In this document: positions 35,245-48,238 of the stretch, piece after piece
How the letters are laid out: every line of letters begins with the position of its first letter
How positions within the stretch are numbered: position 1 is the stretch's first letter
Assembly: GCF_001447785.1 (NCBI RefSeq)
Contig: NW_015163195.1
Coordinates: 73,267-137,266 of the forward strand
Reading direction: 5' to 3'
DNA length: 64,000 bases
Origin: Gekko japonicus
Taxonomy: Eukaryota
Translations under genes and position numbers: made by a program
The notes under the pieces: generated by a model
Told to the model about the DNA's origin: nothing
What the model saw: the letters and a program-made list of their open reading frames with translations, nothing else
Databases searched by the model: none

Positions 35245-35798
35245 ACCGAGCGGCTCGAAAGCCCGTTAAAGGGCGATTAGACTAATGGGTACCTGCTACT
35301 AGAGTGGGGGGGGGCACCCGTCCCTGTGATGCAGCGGCGAGCAGTGAACAAGCGCCGAAGTGAAGCGGCGGTCAGCGGCAGCGAAGAAGTAAAAAGAAAT
35401 GGCGGCTTGCGAGGCAAGGAGCGAGCGAGTGAAGGGACCGGACCAACTGGCACAGAGGCGGAGCAAGCGCAGCAGGCCAGAGCCTCATCAGGACAGAGGC
35501 CATAAGCGGAGCATGCGTGGAAGTGCGATTGGTCCTGGCCGGAAATGAATCGCTACAGCTGGAATAAGGAAACTGCGAAGACCAGCACCAGGAAAGAACG
35601 CTACCGCCTGCCGCCGCAAGAACAGGACAACAACTGAAGATCCGCCGCAACAAGGGTGCCTGGTAGGGTTGTCACTACCCCTGTATATCTGTGGCCCTAG
35701 GTTAGATTCGGTAATGTGATTAGCACTCCCTGTAAGCCGCCCAGAGACCCTTAGGGGTTAGGGCGGGATAACAAATTGAATAAATAAATAAATAAATA
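35245..35798 (+). mobile_element. CpG-rich short retroposon with an L2-type 3' end and (TAAA)n tail
   Basis: Ends tgtaagccgcccagagaccc...gggcgggata...aataaataaataaata; the 5' part is CpG-dense. Confidence 0.6.
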
Positions 35799-36279
35799 NN
35801 NNNNNNNNNNNNNNNNNNNNNNNNNNNNNNNNNNNNNNNNNNNNNNNNNNNNNNNNNNNNNNNNNNNNNNNNNNNNNNNNNNNNNNNNNNNNNNNNNNNN
35901 NNNNNNNNNNNNNNNNNNNNNNNNNNNNNNNNNNNNNNNNNNNNNNNNNNNNNNNNNNNNNNNNNNNNNNNNNNNNNNNNNNNNNNNNNNNNNNNNNNNN
36001 NNNNNNNNNNNNNNNNNNNNNNNNNNNNNNNNNNNNNNNNNNNNNNNNNNNNNNNNNNNNNNNNNNNNNNNNNNNNNNNNNNNNNNNNNNNNNNNNNNNN
36101 NNNNNNNNNNNNNNNNNNNNNNNNNNNNNNNNNNNNNNNNNNNNNNNNNNNNNNNNNNNNNNNNNNNNNNNNNNNNNNNNNNNNNNNNNNNNNNNNNNNN
36201 NNNNNNNNNNNNNNNNNNNNNNNNNNNNNNNNNNNNNNNNNNNNNNNNNNNNNNNNNNNNNNNNNNNNNNNNNNNNNNN
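35799..36279. other. Assembly gap
   Basis: N run. Confidence 1.
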
Positions 36280-39200
36280 TAACATCCTGACAACCCTAGG
36301 CTAAGTTGCTCGGTCTGCTTGTGGTTGGGAGGAAGAGGAGCAGAACGCCTGCAGGTGGAAGAACCCAGCCGTGATTTGTCATCCGTGGGCAAAAGTGAGT
36401 AGGTTTTCCTAGCCAACAGTGTTCCTAGAGGCTGAGTAATTCCTCTCTCCAATGGCAGGCAGACAAAAGGGGGTGGCTTCCTGAGCATTTTGGCTGCCAA
36501 CAGCCTCTCCGGGTGAGCCTCACTGAGCTACGGTTTGTTCTGGAGAAATGAATGGAGACCACATGTATTTTTACTCAAGGATTGTGCTAGATAGAAGAAT
36601 GAAGGATTAGCGTCTCTGCCACTTCGGTGGCTTGAATATGGGCCATCGAGACAGTGCCCCAATAAAGGAAATGCTGAAGAAGCATGGCTCTCACCTGCCT
36701 GCGCTGCAGTTACGGACCACTGAACCAAGACCCACAGGGGGTGAGACCCGTCTCAGTCATTTGGACAGGCTGGACAGATTGATCAGAGGCCAAAGCACAG
36801 AGGACACAAACGTCTCTGCAGGCAACACTCCCTAGCATACACGACCATTATTCGCTTATAGTGGCAAGTACATGAAGGGAGAGAAGTCCCTCGTTCAGGA
36901 GTCAGAAGGAAGCCAGAGATGAGTGGACATCTATGGAGGGGTGAAGGAGGAGGGCGTGGAGTTCACAGTTAAACCAAGTCCAGGTAGATGGAAGGTTTAA
37001 AGGCAAGCCTGAAGAGGAGGCCGGGGATGTCCCAGAATTGCAGCTGATCTCCAGACGGAGCTATTTAATAGGAGATCAGGCAGATGATGGCTCTTGGTGC
37101 TTTGGCTCAAGGTGATCTAATACTGAGCCACAGCCCAGGAGTGGAAAGGTCTGTGGCTTCCAGGTTCTAGAGGAAGAGTCGGTTTTTATACCCCACTTCT
37201 CTCTACCCTAAGGAGTCCCATCGTCACTTGCAATCACCTTCCCTTCCTCTCCTCACAACAGGCCCCTTGTGACACAGGTGGGGCTGAGAGAGCTTGGAGA
37301 GAACTGGGACTGGCCCAAGGTCACCCAGCTGGCTGCACGTGGAGGAGGAGGAGTGGGGAAGCAAAGATAGCTCTCCAGGTTAGAATTTACTATTCTTAAT
37401 GATAAGATCATGCTGGATCCAGGAGGGGAAGCAGAACTGTCTGGAGGTTTAAGGAGCTGAGGCAAACAATCTGTACTTTCGTGGGGAGAGTCCTGCATGG
37501 AGGAGAGACGATGGAGGCGGGACCATGGAAGGTCAGAGAAGAGAACATCAGTAGTTAAGGCCAGAGCAGTCAAGAACATGAACCAGAGTATTCACAAAGG
37601 AAAGTCTGTATTTCTGTAGTATTCCTAAGAACGTGACGTGGAGACACTAAATGAGGAGCAAAGGAGTAGCATGAGCCTTAGATGAAGCTAAAGTTTTTTT
37701 GCTTGTTCTGTAGTGAGGGGGGTGGCCCCAGCAATGGACACCGAGTGGATACAGAGAGGAGGGCATGGGGGGAAAGAGAAGTCCAAAATAGGATGGGTGG
37801 ATACAGAAGTAGATGGATGGACGGATGGATAAATAGACCCATTACGCACATGCATTTTACTGCAGATTTTCAGAGCAGTAAGCCTTTAATCTTCACTTTG
37901 GATTTTGTGACGCACTATTATTTTTCCTTCACTGTATTTATCCTACACCTACAATTTCTAAACTGGGGTGGGACATCTCTTATGACATGTGGGGGGAGGC
38001 GTCCAAAGTTTTTTTTTTTTTTTTAAAAAACATATTATGCAATTGCCCTAACGAAGCCCCACTGTAGCATTCAGCAAGCATGTTCCCTTTAAATCCGCAT
38101 GGTTCAGGTTTTACACACGCACTGTAGGATTAGTTCATTGAATGAAAGGGAACAGAAGGAACACAGGCAAAGGAGGAAAACCTGATGTTGAAACTGACCA
38201 GACTTTTTTTAAAAAAACTGACGAGCATCTCTGAATTCCAGTTTTTCATATTGCCGTGCACTAGGGGATTCTCTGCTGTGTTATCAGCCACTGTGGAAGG
38301 CTTCCAGAGATGCCAAGAATTGTCACACACACCCCCAAGCATTAAATCACTAAAGCACTAAAGAGAAAAATGTTTTCACAGGTACAACCCACTGACACTG
38401 GCATTGCAATCTGAGATCTTTAGAAATGTGTACATGCCTGTGCAGATTCAGATGCAACTCCACCACACAATTTGTATGGGAGCGGAGCCCTCTGGCAGAA
38501 TGACTGGAGAACTTCTTGGCTGTGGTCATACGCTAAATAATCTAATTTCAATCCACTTTCAATGCACTTTCCAACTGGATTTTTACTGTGTGAACGGGCA
38601 AAATCCAGCTGGAAAGTGCACTGAAAGTGGACTGAAAGTGGATTATTTAGCTTGTGTGACCACAGTCTTTTAGTCTTTGGCACTAAATTGAAAAAAGAAG
38701 CAGGTATTTTCACTGATGCCCTAGCACAGCTGCATAGTAATGTTAATTTCTCACCCTTTCTTGCAAATTTGCATGGTTTTCTCTTTGTGGTTCTCTAATC
38801 TGATCCGGCATACTGGTCATGATCTTGGCAGTTTTTTAGAGCCTGTCCTGTGCGGATTTCACTTTGTCCTCCAAATAGGTCGATCCAGAGAGATTCTTAA
38901 GTCTGGCAGTTAGCAAAAGGTCCGTGTGGCTCAGCTGCCATTTTAATGTTAGACTTCCAGAGACTGCAAGAATTGTCACACACACCCCAAGCATTAAAGC
39001 ACTAAAGCATTAAAGAGAAAAATATTTTCAAAGCATTAGGCTTCAGCATCCCAGTGGCTCTCTCTCTCTCCGTACACATCGTCAGTTTCCTTCTACACTG
39101 ATGATCCCACCCCCTTTATTTTGTTTGAATGCAGCACTGAAATCTTTTTTCTTTTCTTTTTTTTGCACTGAGGATGCTGCTGTTTGCCTCCTCTCCAATC

Positions 39201-39324
39201 CCCCTTTCAAGTCAATACCAGTAGGGAACTCAGCCTCACACAGCTCCTTTTACACTTTCCCCCATCATTTTAAATTTTTTTTAAAATTTATAGATTCAAG
39301 ACTACTGAATCACTACACTACAGA

Positions 39325-39605
39325 GAGACAGTTTGGTGTAGTGGTTAAGTGTGCAAACTCTAATCTGGGAGAACCGCGTTTGATTACCCACTCCTCCACT
39401 TGCACCTGCTGGTGTGATTTTGGGTCAGTCACAAGCTCTGGCACAGCTGTTCCTAAAAGAGCAGTTTGTGTCAGAGTTCTCTCAGCCCCACCCACTTCAA
39501 AGGGTGTCTTTTGTGGGGAGGGGGAAGGGAAAGGAGTTTGTAAGACGCTCTGAGACTCCAAGTGAAGGGCAGGGTATAAATCCAATCTCCTTCTTCTTCT
39601 TCTTC
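39325..39605 (+). mobile_element. Squam3-like SINE, unit-specific insertion
   Basis: Full head cagtttggtgtagtggttaag through a (CTT)n tail; absent at the paralogous site ~32065. Confidence 0.85.
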
Positions 39606-40264
39606 ATGCCACTTGTCAAAAAAACTAGAAAAATTTGAAAACAAGAGGAAATTGGAGCTTGTAGACCAATGAAGGGTGGAGGATCGCAGGAGGTGCAGTG
39701 TGGGCAGAGTAACCTTGATGTGGGCTGGGGAGTGACCTTTGAGGGGCAGCAAAAGGGTAGGGGGGGAAACCTGAGGGAATTTGTATGCTTTTGATTTACT
39801 TTCAGCTTGGAAGTGAAACAAGGGGAAAATTGGCACAAAAGCACTCTCAGAAAACCCAGAGAAACAGCAACTCGAAAGCAAACTGAGTAAAGGGAGGGAA
39901 ATCAATGCAGAATGACACAGAGGCCTATTATGCACAGGTGTTTTTGCCCCGCTATCGCCGTGCATGCCCGTCAGGTTGTCTTTGTCATTTTGCATTGATA
40001 GTTGGAGAATAGTTCCTCCAGGTGTGAAGATCTGGGGAGATTTCAAAGTGTTGCCTAATCAGCTACATGGGAGATGAGAAAGAGGAGAGGATGCATTTAC
40101 GATGGATAAAATCAGCTTACAACCTTGTTATCCTACAAAGATGTTCTTCTGCATGAGCAAATGAATTGAGATAAGTGGTGGAGAAAGTGAGAGGAACAGG
40201 CGGTTTGTTGGGAGATGGGGGGGTGAGTTAAGATTTAAGGACAGGAAAGTACTGAAGGCAGAAA

Positions 40265-40940
40265 ACGGAACACTGGGAGTTCGTTATCGCCCATCGGCTC
40301 AAAAGATAAAGGATTATAAAATGATGAATGAATTAAAGATAGCGGCTAGACGAAATAACTGTGTCATAATAGGTGATTTTAACTACCCACACATTGATTG
40401 GGTCAATATGTGTTCCAGTCGGGAAAAAGAGATTGAGTTTCTAGACACTCTTAATGACTGTGCTATGGAACAGATGGTCACAGAACCTACCAGGGGAGAG
40501 GCAATCCTGGATTTGGTCCCAAGTAACACCCAAGACCTAGTGAGAGATGTAAAAGTGATTGCACCGCTTGGGAACAGTGACCATAATGTTATTGAGTTTT
40601 TAACATTTGTATAAATAGGGAGTTGCCCAAAAAGTTTGACACAACTACTTTTAACTTTAAAAGGGTTAACTTCTCTGATATGAGGGGACATGTGAGGAAG
40701 AAGCGGAAAGGAAAAGCAGAAAGGCTCAAAACCATTGGGGAAGCTTGGAGACTATTTAAAACTATTATCCTAGAAGCGCAGAAAAAATATATACTGCGGG
40801 TTAGGAAAGGCACAAATAGATATAGAAAAAAGCCTGCATGGTTAACAAACAAAGTAATGGAAGCTGTAAAAGGTAAGAAAGGATTCCTTTAAGTGGTGGA
40901 AAGCTAGTCTCAGTGAGGTTGATAAAAGGGAACTGTCAGC
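40265..40940 (+). mobile_element. CR1 ORF2 endonuclease-region fragment
   Basis: VIIGDFNYPHIDW...EPTRGEAILDLV...LGNSDHNVIEF...KPAWL (AP-endonuclease motifs). Confidence 0.9.
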
Positions 40941-41079
40941 TATGCTGCCATAAGGATTGGGGGTGGGCTGCTTGTTCGCCCTGTATACACTGTTCTTAAC
41001 AGTGACTTTGTTAATGCATCTATAGCTCTGCAATAAAGTATAACCTTTCTGATAAGCAAAAAAACATAAAGACCAACAA

Positions 41080-41126
41080 TTCTGGAAAGTCAGAGGAAGG
41101 TCTACATGGAGTCACGTAAACAGTAA
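41080..41126 (+). pseudogene. Last ~15 codons of a deleted OR gene
   Basis: ttctggaaagtcagaggaaggtctacatggagtcacgtaaacagtaa matches the OR-B/C/D C-termini and is followed by the OR 3' flank. Confidence 0.85.
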
Positions 41127-42176
41127 GGGAGAACATTTGCAGACTCTTACAGTTTTTGCCAACCCTGGCCAAGAGACTTGTGGCTCCTCCTCTTCCTCCC
41201 CATCAGTGGTCAACTCTGGATGCACCCTTTGCCGGGCAATGCTCGTAGTTCCTGGCAAGTGCCACACCAACCTGACTGTGATTTTGATCTTGTGTGCTCC
41301 AATATCCTCATATTTTAAGTGGAAGGGAGATAAGGAAATCCTGTCAACAAATGAATAATAAATTATTTCATACTCTCCAAATGCAAAACCTAACTGCTTG
41401 TGTAATTTTATTATGGGAAATGAAAGAGATAGTCACGATGTAGCCCTTAGAAAGCCACCGAGTTATACGTAGAAAGTTTTCCAAGTATCCATTTCCTGTC
41501 TGAATGTGTGACATACATTTTATGCTGTCCTTCCTCCAAAGAGCGACATAGTTCTCTCTCCCCTATTTTATCTTCATAGCAGTTCCGGGGAGTTACGTCC
41601 AGCTGAGGGAAGATGAATGGCCTAAGGTCACCCAGGGTACGGATGTACCTTCCTCAGGAGGTACGGGCTGGGGTCTAGCACAGCAGATAGCTGGGAAAGT
41701 TGCAGAGAGTAACCAAAGTCCAGTCCAAAAGTCAGGGGTTCCAGAGAGCTGGTTTACCAGAGTCCAGTCTAGGGTCAAGGAGTTCTAGGTAGCAAGTTCT
41801 AGGTAGCAAGTCCAAGTCCAGGCCAGTGCAAGAAGAAGAAGATGAGAAGAGATTGGATTTATACCCTGCCCTTCACTTGGAGTCTCAGAGCGGCTTACAA
41901 ACTTCTTTCCCTTCCCCTCCCCACAACAGACACCCTGTGAGGTAGGTGGGGCTGGGAGAGAGATTCCCCACTCCTCCTCTTGCATCAGCTGCATGACCTT
42001 GGGCAAGCCATGGTTCTGTCTGTTATGTATGCAGCCGCCACACGGCGGCCACAAGAAAGAAAGGGGCTTGGCTCCAGAAAGACAATGGGACCTAGGATCC
42101 TAGTCCCCCCCCCCCCCGCCTGCCCAATGGGCTTTTTGGGGGGAANNNNNNNNNNNGGCAACCCACTACATAACAG

Positions 42177-42194
42177 TGGCGACGAAGGTGGGAT
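42177..42194 (+). promoter_or_regulatory. Primer binding site, tRNA-Ser(GCU)
   Basis: TGGCGACGAAGGTGGGAT lies 1 nt after the LTR and is complementary to the tRNA-Ser(GCU) 3' end as recalled. Confidence 0.8.
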
Positions 42195-42330
42195 GCCGCT
42201 GAGTCTGGCCTGGCTCGCACCAGCGCACGCTAAGCTTCTGTTCCTGCTACGCCGCACCCCGCATCGCGCACCAGCCGCACTGCACCGCGCTCCGCAACGA
42301 GGAACCTCAGCCCCGCGCTGCCGCTACGCC

Positions 42331-45300
42331 ATGGCCTCCAACCGAGGGAATCTAGAGATCTTCGATCTCGCCCATCTCGAACTCTGGGACTCCTGGACCG
42401 ACCAGCTGACATGCCACCTCGAGTACAATGAGGTCACCGACGCCGGCAAGAGACGAGCGCTGCTCCTGAGCTCCTGCGGAGTGACGATGGTCCGCCTCGC
42501 CAAAAGTCTCTCCGCGCCCCGGTCCATCCTGGAGTGTACCTACGAGGAGATCATCGATGCCCTCACCAGGTACCTCACGCCGCGGCCGACAACTCTTGCC
42601 AGGCAGCTGGCTTTCCAGAGCCGCACGCAGAAACCGGCCAAGTGGGCCGCAGCCTTCTTGGCCGCCCTGCGACAGCCGGCTATGGACTGCTCCTTCACCA
42701 AGGTGGAGGAGAACCTACTGACACAGTTCGCATGGGGCCTCAGCGATTTCAAACTGCGGAGGAAGATGGTCGGGACCACCAACATCAAGCTAGAGGCGGC
42801 CCTACAACTCGCCATCGTGCACGAGGATTCCCACCACCAACCGTCAGCAGCGCACCAAGTACTCCCCGACGGAGACACCGAGGACTCCGAGGAAGAAGAC
42901 GTCCGCCTCATCCGACAGCCACCATGCCGCCAGCCACCGGCCCCAGGCAACCCCAGACACAAGCCCGCCAATCGCTCCGCATGTGCCAGTTGTGGCGAGG
43001 AACACGAGCACCGGTCCTGCAGGTTCCACGATGCAACGTGCCACACTTGTGGGAAGCAGGGACACCTCGCACACGTCTGCCGCTCCAAGGGAAGCAGGTG
43101 CCATCAAGCTCCGACGCAACAACGCCATCCGTCTGCCGCCATGCACGGGACATCCGCAGATACAGCAGAACTCTACCTCTTCACCGACCAGCCGTCCCAA
43201 CAGGTACTGCGCCTCCCGAATTCCACGGGCGCCCTGAAAATCCAGCTGTCCAGATTGAGGGGGCCCCCTGCCAAATGGAAGTGGACTCGGGGTCAGCGGC
43301 GTCCATAATCTCTGTGGAAACGCTACGCCGGCTGTGCCCTAAGGGGGGGCCCCAATTACGCCCATCACACCTTAGCCTGGTGGACTTTCAAAGAAACCCG
43401 GTTCCCATCAGGGGGGTGGGAACTTTCAGGGTGAAGTTCAGAGGGTTTTCGGGACTATTGGACCTGGTGGTGGTCGAGGGGAACCTGGTCAGCCTGCTGG
43501 GACGGGGCCTGGTTCGAACCGCTGGGCCTCACGGTCGGGGTCAGAGGAGTACACAGCTGTGCCCCGAGAGACTATGTTGAAATTTGCAAAGAGTTCCCGG
43601 CTGTGTTTGACGGGGCCCTGGGATGTTACAAGGGACCCCCGGTGTCCCTGCAGTTAGACCCCTCCATGGGCCCCATCCGCATTCGATACCACACGGCTCC
43701 CATCTCCATTCAGCCAAAGATTGATGCGGAGCTGGACAAGTTGGTGGCACAGGGGGTCCTGGAGCCCGTTCCACACTCCATTTGGGAAACCCCGATTGTA
43801 ACTCCCCTGAAGCCAAACGGGGAGATCCGCATCTGCACGGATTACAAGTGTACAATCAATAAGGCTCTGCTCGACCACTCCTACCCCGTCCCGGTCATGA
43901 GTCACGTCCTAGCCACGCTGGAGGGAGCCTCCATCTTTGGAAAGCTGGACCTGGCGCAGGCATACCAGCAACTGCCGGTCGACGAGGCCACCGCCACCGC
44001 GCAGACCATAGTGACCCACAGGGGGGCGTTCAGGGTGAAGAGGTTGCAATTCGGGGTGAGCGTGGTGCCAGGGATTTTTCAGCAACTAATGGACACTTTA
44101 TTAAAAGGGATCCCTGGAGTGACGCCGTTCTTTGACGACGTCCTGATCGCCGCGGCATCTCCCGAAGACTTCGCCTCACGCCTCCGCGCTGTCCTGCAGC
44201 GTTTCGACTCGGCCGGCCTCAAGGTGAAGCGTGAAAAGTGTCTCCTCGGGGTCTCAGAGGTTGACTTTTTGGGGTTCCGGGTCGACGCATCGGGCCTGCA
44301 CCCGGCTAAGGACAAGGTAAAGGCCATCGTGGAGGCCCCCGCCCCCACATGCAAAGCGGAGCTGCAGGCGTTCCTGGGACTAATAAACTTCTACCACGCC
44401 TTCCTCCCACACAAGGCGGCGGTAGCCGAACCCCTGCACCGCCTCCTAGATAAGTCGGCAAAATGGTCCTGGGGCGCTCGGGAGGCGGTGGCTTTCAAAG
44501 GCGTGAAAGCGCTCTTAATTTCGAACGATGTGCTGGCCCACTTTGATGAGTCCCTCCCCGTGGTCCTTGCGTGCGATGCCTCTCCTTATGGCATCGGCGC
44601 CGTCCTGGGGCACGTCCTCCCCGACGGCCGAGAGGTTCCTGTGGCGTATTATTCCAGGACATTGACAGCAGCTGAGCGCAACTACGCGCAGATCGACAGG
44701 GAAGGCCTGGCAATCGTGGCGGGGGTTAAAAAATTTCATAATTTTGTGTATGGACGCCCCTTCACTATTGCTACGGACCACAAGCCCCTGCTGGGTCTGC
44801 TGGTGTCCAACAAGAGGACCCCCCAGGTGATGTCGCCATGGGTGCTACGGTGGTCCCTCTTCCTGGCCGGCTATCAGTACCGCTTGGAGCACCGACCGGG
44901 CAAGGCTATGGGCCACGTGGACGCACTTAGCAGGCTGCCGCTCCCAGATGAGGGGGTGGACCCCGTGCCGGCCCTTGGCGTCCTGAGCATCAAGGATCTC
45001 CCGGAGGCCCCCCTGCACGCCGCCAACGTCACAGCCAAATCGTCCCGCGACCCCCTTATCTCCCGAGTTTTGGGCTGGGTGGTGAGGGGTTGGCCCGCAT
45101 CATCCCCAGGGGCCGAGTTCACGCCCTTCAGCACCAGGAAGGATGAGCTGTCGGCACTGAAGGGGTGCCTCTTGTGGGGAGACCGGGTCGTGGTCCCTAG
45201 CGTGCTGAGGCAGCGGGGGCTGGAGGCACTCCACGAGGCGCACCCGGGGATCGTGCGCATGAAGGCTCTGGCACGGAGCTATGTGTGGTGCCTGGGGATC

Positions 45301-46345
45301 GACGCTGAAATCGAGTCATGGGTCCGGAGATGTCAACCCTGCCAGGAGGTCCGGCCCAACCCACCCAGGGCACCGATGCAGGCATGGGAATCAACGCGCA
45401 AGCCCTGGTCCCGGCTGCTCTTGGACTTCGCCGGGCCGTTCCAGGGCCTACTCTTCCTGGTGACAGTGGACTCATATTCCAAGTGGCTGGAGATCAGCCC
45501 CGTCTCCACCACCTCGACCAAGGCTGTGATCCGCTCCCTCCGCCGGATCTTCGCCACGCACGGCCTGCCGGATACCATCGTTTCCGACAACGGGACGGCC
45601 TTCACGTCGGGGGAATTTCAGAAGTTCCTCCAGAAGAACCTGATCCGGCACATCCACTCGGCGCCCTTCCACCCCGCAACGAACGGGCAGGCGGAGCGAA
45701 TGGTGCGGACGGCTAAGGAGGCCCTAAGCCAGATCACTGAGGGAGACTGGGAGTTTCACTTGGCCCACTTCCTCTTGACACAGCGGACGACCCCCAATCC
45801 TGTCATGGGTCACAGCCCCGTGGAGCTCCTGATGGGCCGCAGACCAACCACCCTGCTGGACCGCTTGCACCCAGACCGAGCACCGGAGGCCAGAAGAGCG
45901 GCGGAGCAGCGAGAAGCACCAAGGGGGTTCTTCACGGGGGACCCCATTTTCTTCTGGAACTACGGGGCTGGCCCAACTTGGCTCGAGGGCCGCGTCTCCA
46001 AAGTCAAGGGCCCGGTCTCGTACGAGGTGACGACGGAGGACGGCCGACAGCTGGAGAGGCACATTGATCAACTTCGACAGCGGCTGGCCCCAGGGGGCAC
46101 GGACCCGGACCCAGCACTCCTCTGGAAGATGGGGCCCGAGAGGAGGCCCCACCGCCTGACAACAGCCAACCCGCAGAGGCCCCAAGCAAGGAGGGAGGAT
46201 TGGTCCTGGAAGAACCCGAGCCACCAACGCAGCCACCAGACCCGGGCCTTCCTCCACCGGCCCCCACACCGGCTACTTCACCGGCACCCAGGCATTCCAC
46301 CCGAGAGCGTAAGCCCCCTGCTTATTTAAAAGACTACATCACCCA
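42331..46345 (+). pseudogene. Mag-type gag-pol with ~3 frameshifts (~43240, ~43505, ~46115)
   Basis: Gag LLLSSCG and CASCGEEH..C/CHTCGKQGHLAHVC; protease EVDSGS in another frame; RT FFDD, RNase H ACDASPYGIGAVL and IN DFAGP/SDNG/NGQAERMV in ORF 43603-46329; terminal RHSTRERKPPAYLKDY in another frame again. Confidence 0.9.
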
Positions 46346-46704
46346 GGTGGTGTCTGAACTATGGGGGGAGGGGTGTTATGTATGCAGCCGCCACACGGCA
46401 GCCACAAGAAAGACAGGAGCTTGGCTCCAGAAAGACAATGGGACCTAGGATCCTAGTCCCCCCCCCAGCTGACCAATGGGCTTCTTGGCGGGAAATTCAA
46501 ACCCTCCAATGGAGTGGGAGGCCAGGGATGGGAGTGTATATAGTTGGCCTTGCAGGGCCGTTGTGTGTTCTTATGTTAAGTAAGCAATAAACGTGTGCAA
46601 CCGCATGTCATCGTCCGAGTCCTCCATGCGGCGAACCCAGTACTTTTCACTGTCAGAGAAGTTCTTGAAAAAAGAGCAGTTTCAAACTGCTCTTTTTTCA
46701 AGAG

Positions 46705-47618
46705 CACCTTTGACAGAACCATGGCTTGCCCAAGGTCATCCAGCAGATGGAAGAGGAGGAGTGGGGAATCAAACCCTGTTCTCCCAGATTAGAGTCCGCG
46801 CTCCTAACCACTATGCCAAACTGGCTCCAGAAAAGCCAGTTGTCAGCTCCAGTTCAAGGTTGCAGAGTTCCAGTAGCAGCAAGGGTGGTGGCTCAGTAGC
46901 AAAGTGTACTTCTTGTGTCGACAAACTGCTGCTTTTCTTAGCTGAATTTATAGCCAACCCTTAATGAGCTAAACTCCCAGCCAATTCCTTGGCAGTCATC
47001 CTGAAATGATTCATTCATCTCTTCAACTGACAGCTGATGACAGGCCATGAGTCTCACACTTCTCCTTTCTTAAAACTCTAAGCATCTCTGACAGCGTCAG
47101 GGCTGCAAGGGTGACTGTGGGTGAGCTAGGTTGGCTGGGAGTGGCTGCTGAAGACTTGTTTCACCTTTGACAGAACCATGGCTTGCCCAAGGTCATCCAG
47201 CAGATGGAAGAGGAGGAGTGGGGAATCAAACCCTGTTCTCCCAGATTAGAGTCCGCGCTCCTAACCACTATGCCAAACTGGCTCCAGAAAAGCCAGTTGT
47301 CAGCTCCAGTTCAAGGTTGCAGAGTTCCAGTAGCAGCAAGGGTGGTGGCTCAGTAGCAAAGTGTACTTCTTGTGTCGACAAACTGCTGCTTTTCTTAGCT
47401 GAATTTATAGCCAACCCTTAATGAGCTAAACTCCCAGCCAATTCCTTGGCAGTCATCCTGAAATGATTCATTCATCTCTTCAACTGACAGCTGATGACAG
47501 GCCATGAGTCTCACACTTCTCCTTTCTTAAAACTCTAAGCATCTCTGACAGCGTCAGGGCTGCAAGGGTGACTGTGGGTGAGCTAGGTTGGCTGGGAGTG
47601 GCTGCTGAAGACTTGTTT
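46705..47618. repeat. Exact 457-bp tandem duplication
   Basis: 46705-47161 = 47162-47618 by eye. Confidence 0.9.
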
Positions 47619-47837
47619 ACTTCTTCAGAGCTGCAAGGCTAGGCTGTGACTCCTGACCAGCTGGTACCCTGATCTCTTGCTGTTCTCCGTTTGGCTCAGA
47701 GCCAGCTGCAGCCAGTGTTCAATTGCTGGCTCAGGGTTAGCAAGTAACTCTTTATCAGAGAAATCTGAGCCATCACTCAGCACAGACTGATTTAGGACAC
47801 CCAGTGAGTGTCATCGCCTGAGTGCGGATTGGAACCC

Positions 47838-48070
47838 AGTTTGGTGTAGTGGTTAGGAGCGTGAGCTCTAATATGGGAGAACCGGGTTTGATTCCCCACT
47901 CCTCCACATTTGGCTGCTAGTGTGACCTTGGGTCAGTCATAAGTTCTTTCAGACCTGTTCTCTCAAGAGCAGTTCTTGAGAGAGCTCTCTCAGCCCCACA
48001 TTCCTCACAGGGTGTCTGTTGTGGGGAGGGGAGAGGGAAGGGATTATAAGGCTCTCTGAGACTCTCTTCT
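47838..48070 (+). mobile_element. Squam3-like SINE (paralogous copy at ~54720-54950; truncated heads at 28687 and 34863)
   Basis: Same head and body sequence, same position in each unit. Confidence 0.8.
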
Positions 48071-48238
48071 TTCCTGAAGCCCACTCTCAATCCAGTATGG
48101 GTCAAGGGTGCTTTCGGCACATCACTCTCTTGAGTTAGCCCTGAGCAGACCTCAGGTCCAAATTCCTGTTCGCAGCTCAGCTGGCAACAAGAATCCAGAA
48201 ACCCAGAACACAAGCTGCATCGTGCCTTTTATCGAGAC

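Larger units (their letters stand above)
42021..46649 (+). mobile_element. Mag-type Ty3/Gypsy LTR retrotransposon, full length, frameshifted
   Basis: LTRs at 42021-42175 (with gap) and 46374-46649, TSD ctgtc (42016-42020 / 46650-46654), PBS, PPT ggggggagggg (46363-46373), double Zn knuckle, order PR-RT-RH-IN. Confidence 0.93.
41636..47799. mobile_element. Ancient solo-LTR-like copy containing a nested SINE and the Mag element
   Basis: cccag|ggtac... and ...ggaca|cccag boundaries. Confidence 0.65.

Noticed and set aside
43230-43260. Programmed gag-pol frameshift in the Mag element
   Set aside because: No clear slippery heptamer, and two further frameshifts indicate decay.
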